A stretch of DNA of 38,008 bases. Source: Gammaproteobacteria bacterium (GTDB taxonomy: Bacteria > Pseudomonadota > Gammaproteobacteria > Pseudomonadales > M0112). The stretch covers positions 1-38,008 of the forward strand of contig SBFY01000117.1 of assembly GCA_006227085.1 (NCBI GenBank). The letters run 5' to 3'. The notes beneath the pieces were generated by a model that was not told where the DNA came from, did not search any database, and saw nothing but the letters and a program-made list of their open reading frames with translations. Position 1 is the stretch's first letter; each line of letters begins with the position of its first letter. Shown here one piece after another: positions 7,532-18,830 of this stretch. The position numbers were made by a program, and so were the translations under genes.

Positions 7532-8629
7532 ATGGCACAGGACAATCACATGAATGCATCGCCACCGGTCAGGAATCGCCAGCAATGGGTGGAGTGGGGT
7601 TTGCGCGTGGCACTGCTGCTGGTGTTGCTGGCGTGGTGTGTGCGCATTGTTGCGCCGTTCATGGGCGTCATGATCTGGGCGGTCATCATGGCCGTGGTGA
7701 TGTATCCCGGTTTTTGCTGGGTGCGTGATCGCCTGGGCGGGAGGCCGAGGCTGGCGGCGATGGTGTGGGCACTGCTGGGTTTGCTACTGGTCGCGATACC
7801 GGCCTGGTTGTTTGCGGATACGGTGATTGAGGGAACCCGTGCCGTGGCGTCACGGTTGCAGGCAGACGGACACTGGCAGGTACCGGCTCCGCCTGCAGCC
7901 ATCAGCAATGTGCCGGTGTTCGGCGGTATGTTGCAGGCGTATTGGCAATCCGCCTCGGAGAACCTGCCTGCCTTGTTGCAGCAATTACGTCCCCAATTAC
8001 AGCAGGCCGGTGCCTGGCTGGCCGGGATGGGTGCGCAGGCTGGCTTGGGGTTCCTGCAATTCCTGTTTGCGATCATGGTGGCGGCCATCCTGCTCAGCTA
8101 TGCGGATGCCGGTTCGGGTTATGCGCGGCGCGTTGCCCATCGCTTGCTGAGTGAGCAGGGTGCCCATTACCTGGACCTGGTCGTGACCACCACGCGCAGT
8201 GTGGCTAAGGGGGTGTTGGGTGTGGCCTTGATCCAGTCCTTGCTGTCGGGTGTTGGCATGCTGGTGGCGGGCATTCCGGGGGCAGGGTTACTGACCATCT
8301 TGTGCATCCTGTTATGCGTGGCGCAGTTGGGGCCTGGCTTGGTGTTGATCCCTTGCGTGATCTGGATGTTTGCAACCGATAGCCAGTTGGCAGCAGTCAG
8401 TTTCCTGCTGTGGTCGGTATTCGTGATGGTGCTGGATAATGTGCTGAAGCCCTTGTTGCTCGGGCGCGGTGTGAATGTGCCCATGCTGGTGATCTTTATC
8501 GGCGCGATCGGCGGGTTCTTGTCCAACGGGTTTATCGGGTTATTCGTTGGCGCGATTGTGCTGGTACTGGGTTACACGGTATTGCAGGCTTGGCTGGATG
8601 AGTTGCCGGAACAGCCCGATGCGTCATGA
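7532..8629 (+). CDS. AI-2E family transporter (PerM/YhhT-like, UPF0118).
   Basis: Polytopic membrane protein with the typical AI-2E C-terminal region (VLDNVLKPLLLGRGVNVPMLVIFIGAIGG). ATG 7532 follows AGGGA. The 5' part of ORF 7211..8629 overlaps the divergent flavoprotein gene and is not coding. Confidence 0.85.
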   Translation: MAQDNHMNASPPVRNRQQWVEWGLRVALLLVLLAWCVRIVAPFMGVMIWAVIMAVVMYPGFCWVRDRLGGRPRLAAMVWALLGLLLVAIPAWLFADTVIEGTRAVASRLQADGHWQVPAPPAAISNVPVFGGMLQAYWQSASENLPALLQQLRPQLQQAGAWLAGMGAQAGLGFLQFLFAIMVAAILLSYADAGSGYARRVAHRLLSEQGAHYLDLVVTTTRSVAKGVLGVALIQSLLSGVGMLVAGIPGAGLLTILCILLCVAQLGPGLVLIPCVIWMFATDSQLAAVSFLLWSVFVMVLDNVLKPLLLGRGVNVPMLVIFIGAIGGFLSNGFIGLFVGAIVLVLGYTVLQAWLDELPEQPDAS

Positions 8630-8639
8630 AGCGGGGGAA

Positions 8640-8726
8640 TGGTGCCTGGGGAGAGACTCGAACTCTCATGGTGTCACCACCGGTGGATTTTGAATCCACT
8701 GCGTCTACCGATTTCGCCACCCAGGC
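8640..8726 (-). tRNA. tRNA-Leu, anticodon CAA.
   Basis: The minus strand reads GCCTGGGTGGCGAAATCGGTAGACGC...GTGGA-TTCAAAA-TCCAC...GAGTTCGAGTCTCTCCCCAGGCACCA. The 7-bp acceptor stem is GCCTGGG/CCCAGGC. The anticodon loop contains CAA. The long variable arm indicates a class II tRNA of 87 nt. A T-loop GTTCGAGTC and an encoded CCA are present. Confidence 0.9.
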
Positions 8727-8744
8727 GGGTATTGCGAGGCGCGG

Positions 8745-8772
8745 ATTATAGCAGTGCTTTTGCCGGCTTCAA
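8745..8772 (-). promoter_or_regulatory. Sigma70 promoter of tRNA-Leu with a GC-rich discriminator.
   Basis: Minus strand: TTGAAG (8772-8767), a 16 nt spacer, TATAAT (8750-8745), then CCGCGCC. The predicted transcription start is about 12 nt before the mature tRNA 5' end. Confidence 0.55.
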
Positions 8773-8856
8773 ACCATGGCGATGGATTTCCGGCTGGCGA
8801 GGGGTGCAGGATTGTTTTAGGCTAGCCGCCCCCCAGCCTCGCATGGACACGCCGGC

Positions 8857-11041
<2,185 letters not shown>

Positions 11042-11042
<1 letters not shown>

Positions 11043-11353
11043 TGTACAGCATTACGGTGTATGTGCCGGAAGCCTCGCTGGAGCCTGTCAAACAGGCCAT
11101 GTTTGCGGCGGGTGCTGGCCGTATCGGGCATTATGACCAATGCTGTTGGCAGGTGCGTGGGCAAGGGCAGTTTCGCCCCTTGCCCGGCAGCCAGCCTGCT
11201 GAAGGCGTGACGGGTAGCGTCACGCAATTGCCGGAATACCGATTGGAAATGGTCTGTGAAGAGTCTGTGCTGGCAGAAGTGGTGCGAGCCATGCGCATGG
11301 CACATCCGTATGAACAGCCGGCCTATCATGTGATCCGTATGGAGCCCGTATGA
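11042..11353 (+). CDS. Stand-alone NIF3/YqfO insert-domain (PII-like fold) protein.
   Basis: The 103 aa sequence contains VYVPE..LE.V..A...AGAG.IG.Y..C.....G.G.F.P..G..P..G..G.....E.R.E........V..A....HPYE.PAY.V. This is the pattern I recall for the inserted domain of Bacillus YqfO / the NIF3 family. Its ATG overlaps the tgt stop (TGATG). Confidence 0.72.
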
Positions 11354-11874
11354 AATACCGTTTGGGCGATCGCCGCATTGAATGTGCCAGTGGTGATTAT
11401 TACATTGCCCCGAATGCCTCCGTGATTGGTTCTGTGCGCATCGGGCATCAGGCGAGTATCTGGTTTAACGCCGTGTTACGGGCTGACCAGGATGTCATTA
11501 CCATTGGCGATGATTGCAATGTGCAGGATGCAGCTGTCCTGCATGTGGATCCCGGTTTTCCACTCACCTTGGGCAAGGGGGTGACCATTGGCCATAAGGC
11601 CATGGTGCATGGGTGCACGATCGGCGATTACAGCCTGGTGGGCATCAATGCGGTTGTCCTGAATGGTGCCCGTATTGGCAAGTATTGCGTGATTGGCGCC
11701 AATGCATTGGTCACTGAAGGCATGGAAGTGCCGGATGGTTCAGTGGTCATGGGTACGCCCGGCAAGATCCGCAAAACAGTATCGGATGCTGAGCGTCAGC
11801 ACCTGGAGCAATTGGCAGCACATTATGTGGCGAATGGGCAGCGGTTTGCCCGGGAGTTGTGTGTCGATGACTGA
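11350..11874 (+). CDS. Gamma-carbonic-anhydrase-like hexapeptide-repeat protein (YrdA/PaaY/CaiE family).
   Basis: Left-handed beta-helix repeats. Family-typical blocks are [12 protein letters not shown]...[11 protein letters not shown]...I.IGD..NVQD..VLH and IGH.A.VHGC.IGD. An ATGA overlap joins it to the upstream gene. Confidence 0.85.
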   Translation: MKYRLGDRRIECASGDYYIAPNASVIGSVRIGHQASIWFNAVLRADQDVITIGDDCNVQDAAVLHVDPGFPLTLGKGVTIGHKAMVHGCTIGDYSLVGINAVVLNGARIGKYCVIGANALVTEGMEVPDGSVVMGTPGKIRKTVSDAERQHLEQLAAHYVANGQRFARELCVDD

Positions 11875-12061
11875 CAGGGTGCCATCGCCATGTATCCATC
11901 AATGCACACTGGATGACAGTAATGTGTGCCTGGGTTGCCATCGCACGATCGATGAGATCATGGCATGGTCGTCATTGGATAACGCGGCAAGACAGGCTGT
12001 GCTGAATGCGACGCAGGTCAGGAAGCAGTGCTATCTTTCGAGGCCGGTTCGCGATCCTTGA
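11867..12061 (+). CDS. DUF1289-domain small Cys protein.
   Basis: [28 protein letters not shown] fits the DUF1289 signature (SPC...C.L......C.GC.RT..EI..W). Its ATG lies 8 nt inside the end of the upstream gene. Its 3' end overlaps the convergent CorC-family gene by 44 nt. Confidence 0.7.
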   Translation: MTDRVPSPCIHQCTLDDSNVCLGCHRTIDEIMAWSSLDNAARQAVLNATQVRKQCYLSRPVRDP

Positions 12062-13307
12062 GTGCCAGCACGGATTCAATGCTTTTCTCGCCAATGCTTT
12101 CGATCTGGAAGCGATATCTGTTGATGCTCACACAGACTGGCCCGTCCGGGAATTCTTCCAGTTGCTCAAGCAGTAAACCGTTCAGCGTTTTGGCTTCGCT
12201 GGTGGGGAGCTCCCAATCCAGGGCGCGATTGATGTCACGCAGGCTGACAGAGCCTTCCATGCGGTAATTGCCATCGGCCTGGGGTTGTATCTCTGCGCTT
12301 TCGCCAACGACTTCGACAGTGAACTCGCCGACAATGTCTTCAAGAATGTCTTCCAGCGTCACGAGCCCGATCACATCGCCGTACTCGTCGACGACGATAC
12401 CGATGCGGCGCTTTTCTTTCTGGAAATTGAACAGCTGTGTGTGCAGGGGAGTGGATTCCGGCACGAAGTAAGGTTCGCGCATCAGTTCCAGCATGCGGGA
12501 GCGCACCAGTTTGTTATCCCGGATAAATAATGAGGAATGTCGCAAATGGATAATGCCCACCACGTTATTGGTGTCTTCGTGGTAGGCCAGGATGCGGGTA
12601 AAGGGGCTGTTGTGGATGCGCTCCAGGATGGCATCGTCTGATTCATCGAGGTTGATCCCGTACATGTCGTTTTTCGGGATCATGATGTCGTTCACGGACG
12701 CTTTTTCCAGATCGAGGATGTTGAGCAGCATGTCCTGGTGTTGTTCCGGGATGCTTTCCTGGTCATCAACGATGCTGCGTAACTCATCCTTGCTCAGGCC
12801 GAGTTGCATGCTTTTGGATGGATCAAAGCCCATGCTGCGAACGACGGCGTTGCTGAACAGGTTGACGCTGCGGATGACGGGTAGCAGTGGCCACATCATG
12901 ACTTTCAGGATGGGCGCTGTCGCAAAGGCGATCCGGTCCGGATATAAGGCTGCAATCGTTTTCGGTGTGACTTCAGCAAAGATCAGTACGACGAAGGTTA
13001 ATAATAAAGACATGGCAAACAATACGCCTTCGCCATCGCCAAACAGGCGAATGGTGATCAGTGACGCGAGGACCGAGGCCATGATATTGACCAGGTTGTT
13101 GCCGAACAGGATCAGGCCGATCAGGCGATCGGGTTGGGCCAGTAAATCGCTTGCCATGCGCGCGCGGCGGTGGCCTTTGCGACTCAAATGACGCAAGCGG
13201 TAACGATCGAGCGCCATCATGCCGGTTTCAGAGCCGGAGAAGAACGCGGAACAGGTAATGAGCAGGCACAGGGCCAGCAGTAATTGCCAGAGGGGAACGT
13301 GTTCCAA
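12018..13307 (-). CDS. HlyC/CorC (CNNM) family transporter with DUF21, CBS pair and CorC_HlyC domains (E. coli YfjD-like).
   Basis: N-terminal DUF21 block FFSGSETGMMALDRYRL, then a central CBS pair and the C-terminal transporter-associated domain. It sits next to a ypjD-like gene and divergent from ffh, as in E. coli. Confidence 0.9.
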   Translation of the reverse strand: MEHVPLWQLLLALCLLITCSAFFSGSETGMMALDRYRLRHLSRKGHRRARMASDLLAQPDRLIGLILFGNNLVNIMASVLASLITIRLFGDGEGVLFAMSLLLTFVVLIFAEVTPKTIAALYPDRIAFATAPILKVMMWPLLPVIRSVNLFSNAVVRSMGFDPSKSMQLGLSKDELRSIVDDQESIPEQHQDMLLNILDLEKASVNDIMIPKNDMYGINLDESDDAILERIHNSPFTRILAYHEDTNNVVGIIHLRHSSLFIRDNKLVRSRMLELMREPYFVPESTPLHTQLFNFQKEKRRIGIVVDEYGDVIGLVTLEDILEDIVGEFTVEVVGESAEIQPQADGNYRMEGSVSLRDINRALDWELPTSEAKTLNGLLLEQLEEFPDGPVCVSINRYRFQIESIGEKSIESVLALKDREPASKDSTAS

Positions 13308-13377
13308 GGGACGTATGGCGCCTCAGTGACGGTGTTGAAAAGTATCTTGCGGGAAAATACCAGCGCGTGCAATGCGC

Positions 13378-14172
13378 TCAGGCGCTGCGCTGCAGTAGCA
13401 ATTCCAGTACGAATTTGCTGCCAAAGAACGCCAGCATGAGCGCAGTGAATCCGGCCAATGTCCAGCGCAAGGCTGTCTGGCTGCGCCATCCCATCGCATG
13501 GCGACCCCACAGCAATACGCTGAACACACCCAGCGCGATGATTGAAAATACGGTCTTGTGCACCAGGTGCTGGGCAAACAGGTTGTCAAAGAACAGCAGG
13601 CCAGTGGCAATGGATGCAGCGAGCAGCGCCACGCCGATGGCAATCATGCGGAACAGCAAGGTTTCCATCACTTCCAGTGGCGGCAGGATGGCCATGACCT
13701 GTCCCAGCTTGCGCTGGCGGAGCCAATGGTCCTGCAAGGCGAGGATCAGGGCCTGCAGGGTCGCCAGCGTAATGACGCTGTAGGCGAGGATGGACAGCAG
13801 GATGTGCGTGGCAATGGTGTGGGGAAATTGGCGGGGTTGGTAATTGCCATGGGTCAGGAGTGCCAGCAAGAGGCTTAATGCTGCCATGGGATATACCAGC
13901 ACCATCAGTGAGCCGATCGGCAAGCGCAGGCTGCTGATCCAGCCAATCAGGATGATCATTACGAAGATCAGGGTGGCGATGCGGAAGAAGCCCAGGTCGT
14001 AACCCGCGGGCACATGAATCAGGTGCCAGGTGGTCCAGGCATGCAGTGCGAGACCCGCCAATGCGAGCCAGTCGGCGCCGTGGGTCTTGCCTGCGCGCAG
14101 GCGTGCCAGCAGCCATGCGGTGCAGGCGAGGTAAATGGCGATGGCGGTAAAGCCGGTAATGCTGTCCAGCAT
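13378..14172 (-). CDS. ypjD: Cytochrome c assembly (CcsA-like) family inner membrane protein, YpjD-like.
   Basis: Polytopic membrane protein of 264 aa. The position divergent from ffh is conserved. ATG 14172 has a GAGGA RBS 7 nt upstream. The ORF extension to 14205 has none. Confidence 0.82.
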   Translation of the reverse strand: MLDSITGFTAIAIYLACTAWLLARLRAGKTHGADWLALAGLALHAWTTWHLIHVPAGYDLGFFRIATLIFVMIILIGWISSLRLPIGSLMVLVYPMAALSLLLALLTHGNYQPRQFPHTIATHILLSILAYSVITLATLQALILALQDHWLRQRKLGQVMAILPPLEVMETLLFRMIAIGVALLAASIATGLLFFDNLFAQHLVHKTVFSIIALGVFSVLLWGRHAMGWRSQTALRWTLAGFTALMLAFFGSKFVLELLLQRSA

Positions 14173-14229
14173 GTGTGTGTCCTCTGGCGCCAAAGTGTCG
14201 CACAAGGCTCAAGGCATGGAAACACCATG

Positions 14230-14260
14230 CCGACCCAGTCGGGAAAAACCCCGTTATAAT
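14230..14260 (+). promoter_or_regulatory. Putative ffh promoter: consensus -10, weak -35, GC-rich discriminator.
   Basis: TATAAT at 14255-14260 is followed by GGCCGCC, 35 nt before the ffh ATG. The -35 region (ccgacc) is poor. Confidence 0.35.
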
Positions 14261-14295
14261 GGCCGCCTTCTGCTGAAACGCTGGCGTTAAAGACC

Positions 14296-15669
14296 ATGTT
14301 TGAAAACCTGACCGAACGCTTATCCCATACCCTGCGCTCCGTGACCGGCAAGGCGCGCCTGAGTGAAGAGAACATCCAGGACGCCCTGCGCGATGTGCGT
14401 AATGCCCTGATCGAGGCTGATGTCGCACTGCCGGTGATCCAGGCGTTCACCAATGCGGTGCGTGAAAAAGCCGTGGGTGCCGAAGTGGCAGCCAGCCTGA
14501 ACCCGGGCCAGGCCTTCATCAAGATCGTCCAGGCCGAGCTGGAGCGGGTGATGGGGGAAGGCAATGCTGCCCTGAATCTCGCGGTGCAGCCGCCGGCCAT
14601 TATCCTGATGGCGGGTTTGCAGGGCGCTGGTAAAACCACCTCGGTGGCGAAGCTGGCGCGTTGGCTGAAAGAGCGCCAGAAGAAGAAGGTCATGGTGGTC
14701 AGTGCGGACGTGTACCGTCCTGCCGCGATGGAGCAGCTCAAGGTATTGGCCGATGAAGTGGGGGCTATTTGCTATCCCGCGAACCCGGACCAGCAGCCCT
14801 TGGCGATTGTGCAGGCCGCTGCCCAGCAGGCGAAAATCCAGTTTGCCGATGTATTGATCGTCGACACCGCCGGCCGTTTGGCGATTGACCAGGCCATGAT
14901 GACGGAAATCCAGCAGCTGCATGCCGCGCTGAAGCCGGCGGAAACGCTGTTTGTGGTCGATGCCATGACTGGCCAGGATGCGGCCAATACCGCCAAGGCC
15001 TTTGGTGAGGCGCTGCCGCTGACCGGTGTGATCCTGACCAAGGCCGATGCCGATAACCGTGGTGGTGCGGCCCTGTCGGTGCGCCACATCACTGGCAAGC
15101 CGATCAAGTTCCTCGGTATGGGCGAGAAAACCGAAGCGCTGGAACCGTTCTATCCGGACCGTATCGCTTCCCGCATCCTTGGCATGGGCGATGTGCTGAG
15201 CCTTATCGAAGAGGCAGAGCAGAAGCTCGACAAGAAAAAAGCCGAGAAGCTGGCCAAGAAGATCAAGAAGGGCAAGGGCTTTGACCTGGAAGACTTCCGT
15301 GACCAGATCCAGCAGATGAAGAACATGGGTGGCATTGGCGCCATGCTCGACAAGATGCCTTCCATGCCGGGCATGCCGAACCTGTCACAGGCCGCGCAGG
15401 GCATTGATACCAAGGTCTTCGTGCAAATGGAGGCGATCATCAATTCCATGACCCCGGATGAACGCCGCGATCCCGAGAAACTGAACGGCTCCCGCAAGCG
15501 CCGCATCACCCAGGGGTCCGGCACCAGCCTGCAGGACCTGAATCGCCTGCTGAAGCAGCACAAGCAGATGCAGAAGATGATGAAAAAGCTCAAGGGTGGC
15601 GGCATGGCCAACATGATGCGCGGGATGGGTGGGATGATGCCGCCGGGTGGCGGTTTCCGGGGTTTTTGA
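14296..15669 (+). CDS. ffh: Signal recognition particle protein Ffh.
   Basis: MFENLTERLS start, GTPase motifs GLQGAGKTT and DTAGR, TKADAD (TKxD), and a Met-rich M-domain tail GGGMANMMRGMGGMMPPGGG. Confidence 0.97.
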   Translation: MFENLTERLSHTLRSVTGKARLSEENIQDALRDVRNALIEADVALPVIQAFTNAVREKAVGAEVAASLNPGQAFIKIVQAELERVMGEGNAALNLAVQPPAIILMAGLQGAGKTTSVAKLARWLKERQKKKVMVVSADVYRPAAMEQLKVLADEVGAICYPANPDQQPLAIVQAAAQQAKIQFADVLIVDTAGRLAIDQAMMTEIQQLHAALKPAETLFVVDAMTGQDAANTAKAFGEALPLTGVILTKADADNRGGAALSVRHITGKPIKFLGMGEKTEALEPFYPDRIASRILGMGDVLSLIEEAEQKLDKKKAEKLAKKIKKGKGFDLEDFRDQIQQMKNMGGIGAMLDKMPSMPGMPNLSQAAQGIDTKVFVQMEAIINSMTPDERRDPEKLNGSRKRRITQGSGTSLQDLNRLLKQHKQMQKMMKKLKGGGMANMMRGMGGMMPPGGGFRGF

Positions 15670-15695
15670 ACCCGCCGGAACCCCCTGAAAACGCT

Positions 15696-15723
15696 TTGAT
15701 TTTTCAGGGAGTTGGCTTAGAAT
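15696..15723 (+). promoter_or_regulatory. Sigma70 promoter of the rpsP-rimM-trmD-rplS operon.
   Basis: TTGATT (15696-15701), a 16 nt spacer, TAGAAT (15718-15723), followed by GTCGCGCC. It lies about 110 nt upstream of rpsP. Confidence 0.5.
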
Positions 15724-15835
15724 GTCGCGCCTTTCGGGAGCCTTGGTGCCTGCGTGATCGGGAATCAAGGCTTTCGTTATTGCAACCCAATGTTTTTAAA
15801 AGCCTTTTTAGGCATAGCAGGATCTGGTACAGAGT

Positions 15836-16084
15836 ATGGTTACGATTCGTTTGGCTCGCGGTGGCGCCAAAAAGCGCCCGTTCTACCACATCACGGTAAC
15901 GGATAGCCGCAACCCGCGGGATGGCCGTTTCATTGAGCGCGTTGGCTTCTTCAACCCGGTGGCCCGGGGCCAGGAAGTGCGCCTGAACGTCAACCTGGAG
16001 CGTGTGGATTACTGGGCTGGCCAGGGTGCCAAGCTGTCCGATCGCGTTTCCCAGCTGGTTGAGGAGGCTCGCAAGGCCGCTTGA
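15836..16084 (+). CDS. rpsP: 30S ribosomal protein S16.
   Basis: [41 protein letters not shown] is a near-universal S16 sequence. Confidence 0.97.
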   Translation: MVTIRLARGGAKKRPFYHITVTDSRNPRDGRFIERVGFFNPVARGQEVRLNVNLERVDYWAGQGAKLSDRVSQLVEEARKAA

Positions 16085-16620
16085 TGGCTGCGGGCGCTGA
16101 CAAGGTTGTGGTGGGCAAGATCGCCACGGCCTGGGGTGTGCGGGGTTGGGTCAAACTGATCCCGTTCACGGAAGATCCGGAACAGTTGCTGGCCTACCCG
16201 CGATTGTTCCTCCAGCAAGGTGGGCGCTGGCAAAGCCTCACATTTGCGGAAAGTCGCGTGCAAGGAGCCGGTCTGGTGGCACGCATTGATGGTTGTACCG
16301 ACCGGGATCAGGCGCTCATGTACCGGAATTGCCTGATTGCCATAGATCCGGCCGATATGCCGGCGTTGGCAGAAGACGAGTTTTATTGGCACCAGCTGGT
16401 GGGCCTCAAGGTGTTCACAGCGGTGCAGGGCAAGCCGGTCTTGCTCGGGCAGGTGGATCACCTGCTCGAAACCGGTGCCAACGATGTGCTGGTGGTCAAG
16501 CCATGTGATGGCAGCCTGGATCGGCAAGAACGGTTGATCCCGTGGCTACCGGGCCAGTATGTCGGGAAAGTGGATCTCGAGGCTGGTGAGATCGAGGTCG
16601 ATTGGGATCCGGATTTCTGA
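16084..16620 (+). CDS. rimM: Ribosome maturation factor RimM.
   Basis: VVVGKI..AWGVRGWVK and the PRC-barrel C-terminus. Conserved position between rpsP and trmD. Its ATG overlaps the rpsP stop by 1 nt. Confidence 0.92.
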   Translation: MAAGADKVVVGKIATAWGVRGWVKLIPFTEDPEQLLAYPRLFLQQGGRWQSLTFAESRVQGAGLVARIDGCTDRDQALMYRNCLIAIDPADMPALAEDEFYWHQLVGLKVFTAVQGKPVLLGQVDHLLETGANDVLVVKPCDGSLDRQERLIPWLPGQYVGKVDLEAGEIEVDWDPDF

Positions 16621-16643
16621 TCCGGTGAACGTGGAGGACGGGA

Positions 16644-17414
16644 ATGCGATTTGGCGTCATTACCCTGTTCCCGGAAATGTTCGAGGCAGTCACGCATTAC
16701 GGGATTACCGGGCGGGCTGTGGATAACGGGTTACTCAGCGTGCAGTGCTTCAATCCGAGGCAATGGACGCAAGACCGTCACCAGACGGTGGATGATCGCC
16801 CTTATGGCGGTGGACCCGGCATGGTGATGCAGGTAGGACCCCTGCGTGGCGCCATTGACGAAGCGCGCCGGGTATTGGGTGATGCCACGCCGGTGGTGTA
16901 TTTGTCGCCACAGGGCAAACGGCTGGACCAGGCGCAAGTGCGCCGGTTGGCGCAACGGGAATCGATGATCCTGTTGGCGGGTCGTTACGAAGGGGTTGAT
17001 GAGCGATTGTTGGCCCTGGAAGTCGATGAGGAATGGTCGCTGGGTGATTATGTCCTCAGCGGTGGCGAATTACCGGCCATGGTGTTGATTGATGCCGTGG
17101 CCCGCCTGCAGGCAGGAGCCCTGGGGCATGAGCGGTCCGCGGAAGAGGATTCGTTCGAGGATGGATTGCTGGATTGCCCGCATTTCACCCGTCCGGAATT
17201 CGTGGAAGGGTGGGCAGTACCGGAGGTGCTGCGCAGTGGCGATCACGAAGCCATCCGTCGCTGGCGATTGAAACAATCGTTGGGGCGGACATGGCAACGC
17301 AGGCCGGATTTGTTGGCCCAGCGCACGCTGACGCAAGAAGAGCAGCAGCTGCTGGAAGAGTACAGGACTGAACAAGGCGAGCCACTGGCCGCCGCTTTTG
17401 TGAAACGAGGGTAG
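16644..17414 (+). CDS. trmD: tRNA (guanine37-N1)-methyltransferase.
   Basis: [23 protein letters not shown]...., [13 protein letters not shown], and [13 protein letters not shown] blocks. GGAGGA RBS. Confidence 0.96.
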   Translation: MRFGVITLFPEMFEAVTHYGITGRAVDNGLLSVQCFNPRQWTQDRHQTVDDRPYGGGPGMVMQVGPLRGAIDEARRVLGDATPVVYLSPQGKRLDQAQVRRLAQRESMILLAGRYEGVDERLLALEVDEEWSLGDYVLSGGELPAMVLIDAVARLQAGALGHERSAEEDSFEDGLLDCPHFTRPEFVEGWAVPEVLRSGDHEAIRRWRLKQSLGRTWQRRPDLLAQRTLTQEEQQLLEEYRTEQGEPLAAAFVKRG

Positions 17415-17418
17415 ACCC

Positions 17419-17805
17419 ATGAGCGCGAACAAGATCATTGCCCAGCTGGAAGCCGAACAGCTGAAAACCAACCTGCCGGATGCCAGCATTGGCGATACCG
17501 TGGTGGTGCAAGTGAAAGTAAAGGAAGGCGATCGTGAGCGTCTGCAGACCTACGAAGGCGTGTTGATTGCCAAGCGTAATCGCGGCCTGAACTCTGCCAT
17601 TACCGTGCGCAAGATTTCCCACGGTGTGGGTGTTGAGCGTGTGTTCCAGGTGCACAGCCCGTTGGTGGACAGCATCAGCGTCAAGCGTCGTGGTGATGTG
17701 CGCAAGGCCAAGCTGTATCACCTGCGCGAACTGTCAGGCAAATCAGCCCGCATCAAGGAAAAGCTGGTCAGCAAGGACAAGGCGGAAGCAGCGGCCGACG
17801 AGTAA
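17419..17805 (+). CDS. rplS: 50S ribosomal protein L19.
   Basis: [55 protein letters not shown] is canonical L19. Confidence 0.97.
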   Translation: MSANKIIAQLEAEQLKTNLPDASIGDTVVVQVKVKEGDRERLQTYEGVLIAKRNRGLNSAITVRKISHGVGVERVFQVHSPLVDSISVKRRGDVRKAKLYHLRELSGKSARIKEKLVSKDKAEAAADE

Positions 17806-17827
17806 TGGCCTGACTGTGTGCGCAACG

Positions 17828-17857
17828 AAAAAGGGCAGCCACACGCTGCCCTTTTTT
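17828..17857 (+). terminator. Rho-independent terminator of the rpsP operon.
   Basis: aaaaa-GGGCAGC-cacac-GCTGCCC-tttttt, 23 nt after the rplS stop. Confidence 0.75.
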
Positions 17858-17885
17858 ATTCGGGGTTTTATGACGGGTTCCTGAC

Positions 17886-18773
17886 ATGAACGACGCCATC
17901 ATTGATACCTACCTGGATGCCATCTGGATGGAGAAAGGGCTCAGTGAAAACACGCTGGCATCGTATCGTCGTGATTTGCAGGCATTTGCCTCATGGCTGG
18001 GGACGCGCTCGGTGCCGCTCACAGCGGTGACGCCGGCGGATATCCAGGGTTTCCTGGCGCACCGCTTGCAGAAAGGGATATCGGCGCGCTCTACCTCACG
18101 CTTCTTGTCCAGCTTGCGTGGTTTTTACCAATACCTGTTGCGTGAGCGGCAGGTGCAGGAAGATCCGACCTTGCTGATTGAAAGCCCCAAGTTACCCAAG
18201 CCCTTACCGAAATCCCTGACCGAAGACGATGTGGAAGCCTTGTTGGCAGCACCGGAGATTGCCACGGTGTTGGGCTTGCGCGATCGCGCCATGCTGGAAT
18301 TGCTGTATGCCTGTGGTTTGCGGGTGAGCGAACTGGTGGGGTTGCGCATGTCCAGCCTGGGTATGAACCAGGGTGTGGTGCGCGTGACGGGCAAGGGGGG
18401 CAAGGAGCGCCTGATCCCGATGGGGGAAGAAGCGATGCGCTGGATTGCCCGCTACCTGAAGGAATCGCGCCCGGCCTTGCTGGCCTCCGGCAGTGATGAT
18501 GTGCTGTTTCCCAGCCAGCGCAGCCAGCAGATGACACGGCAGACGTTCTGGCACCGCATCAAGCGCTATGCCGTCGAAGCCGGCATCCGCAAGCCGTTGT
18601 CGCCGCATACCTTGCGCCATGCATTCGCCACACACCTGATTAACCATGGTGCCGATTTGCGTGCAGTCCAACTCCTGTTAGGGCATAGTGACCTGTCAAC
18701 AACCCAGATTTATACCCATGTTGCCCGCCAGCGCATGCAGGAATTGCATGCCCGGCATCATCCGCGTGGATAG
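17886..18773 (+). CDS. xerD: Site-specific tyrosine recombinase XerD.
   Basis: The N-terminus DAIWMEKGLSENTLASYRRDL parallels E. coli XerD DALWLEKNLAENTLNAYRRDL. The catalytic R...HTLRHAFATHL...GH...TTQIYTH motif is present. It sits next to dsbC, as in E. coli and Pseudomonas. Confidence 0.93.
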   Translation: MNDAIIDTYLDAIWMEKGLSENTLASYRRDLQAFASWLGTRSVPLTAVTPADIQGFLAHRLQKGISARSTSRFLSSLRGFYQYLLRERQVQEDPTLLIESPKLPKPLPKSLTEDDVEALLAAPEIATVLGLRDRAMLELLYACGLRVSELVGLRMSSLGMNQGVVRVTGKGGKERLIPMGEEAMRWIARYLKESRPALLASGSDDVLFPSQRSQQMTRQTFWHRIKRYAVEAGIRKPLSPHTLRHAFATHLINHGADLRAVQLLLGHSDLSTTQIYTHVARQRMQELHARHHPRG

Positions 18774-18830
18774 CCTGGCAACAGTGGGAACGAAATGCGG
18801 GACCAAGGGTCTTCCAACATGAATCATCAA

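Noticed and set aside
8640-8856. tRNA-Leu as an attachment site for a genomic island, and a functional link between this tRNA and the adjacent queA-tgt genes.
   Set aside because: I saw no integrase, no duplicated tRNA 3' fragment and no mobile gene on either side. Queuosine is inserted into GUN-anticodon tRNAs (Asn, Asp, His, Tyr), not tRNA-Leu(CAA), so the adjacency is probably coincidental. ORF 8639..8860(+) simply overlies the tRNA.
8727-8856. A search for a preQ1 or other riboswitch upstream of queA. I also searched for leader or attenuator structures upstream of the aminotransferase-hom-thrC genes and guaB.
   Set aside because: I found no preQ1-type hairpin/pseudoknot motif and no convincing conserved structure. 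The intergenic spaces before hom and thrC are only 12-33 nt.
17886-18773. The tyrosine recombinase as a phage or integrative-element integrase.
   Set aside because: The sequence follows XerD closely at the N-terminus and catalytic motifs. It sits in the conserved xerD-dsbC context directly after the rplS terminator. No phage or island genes flank it.
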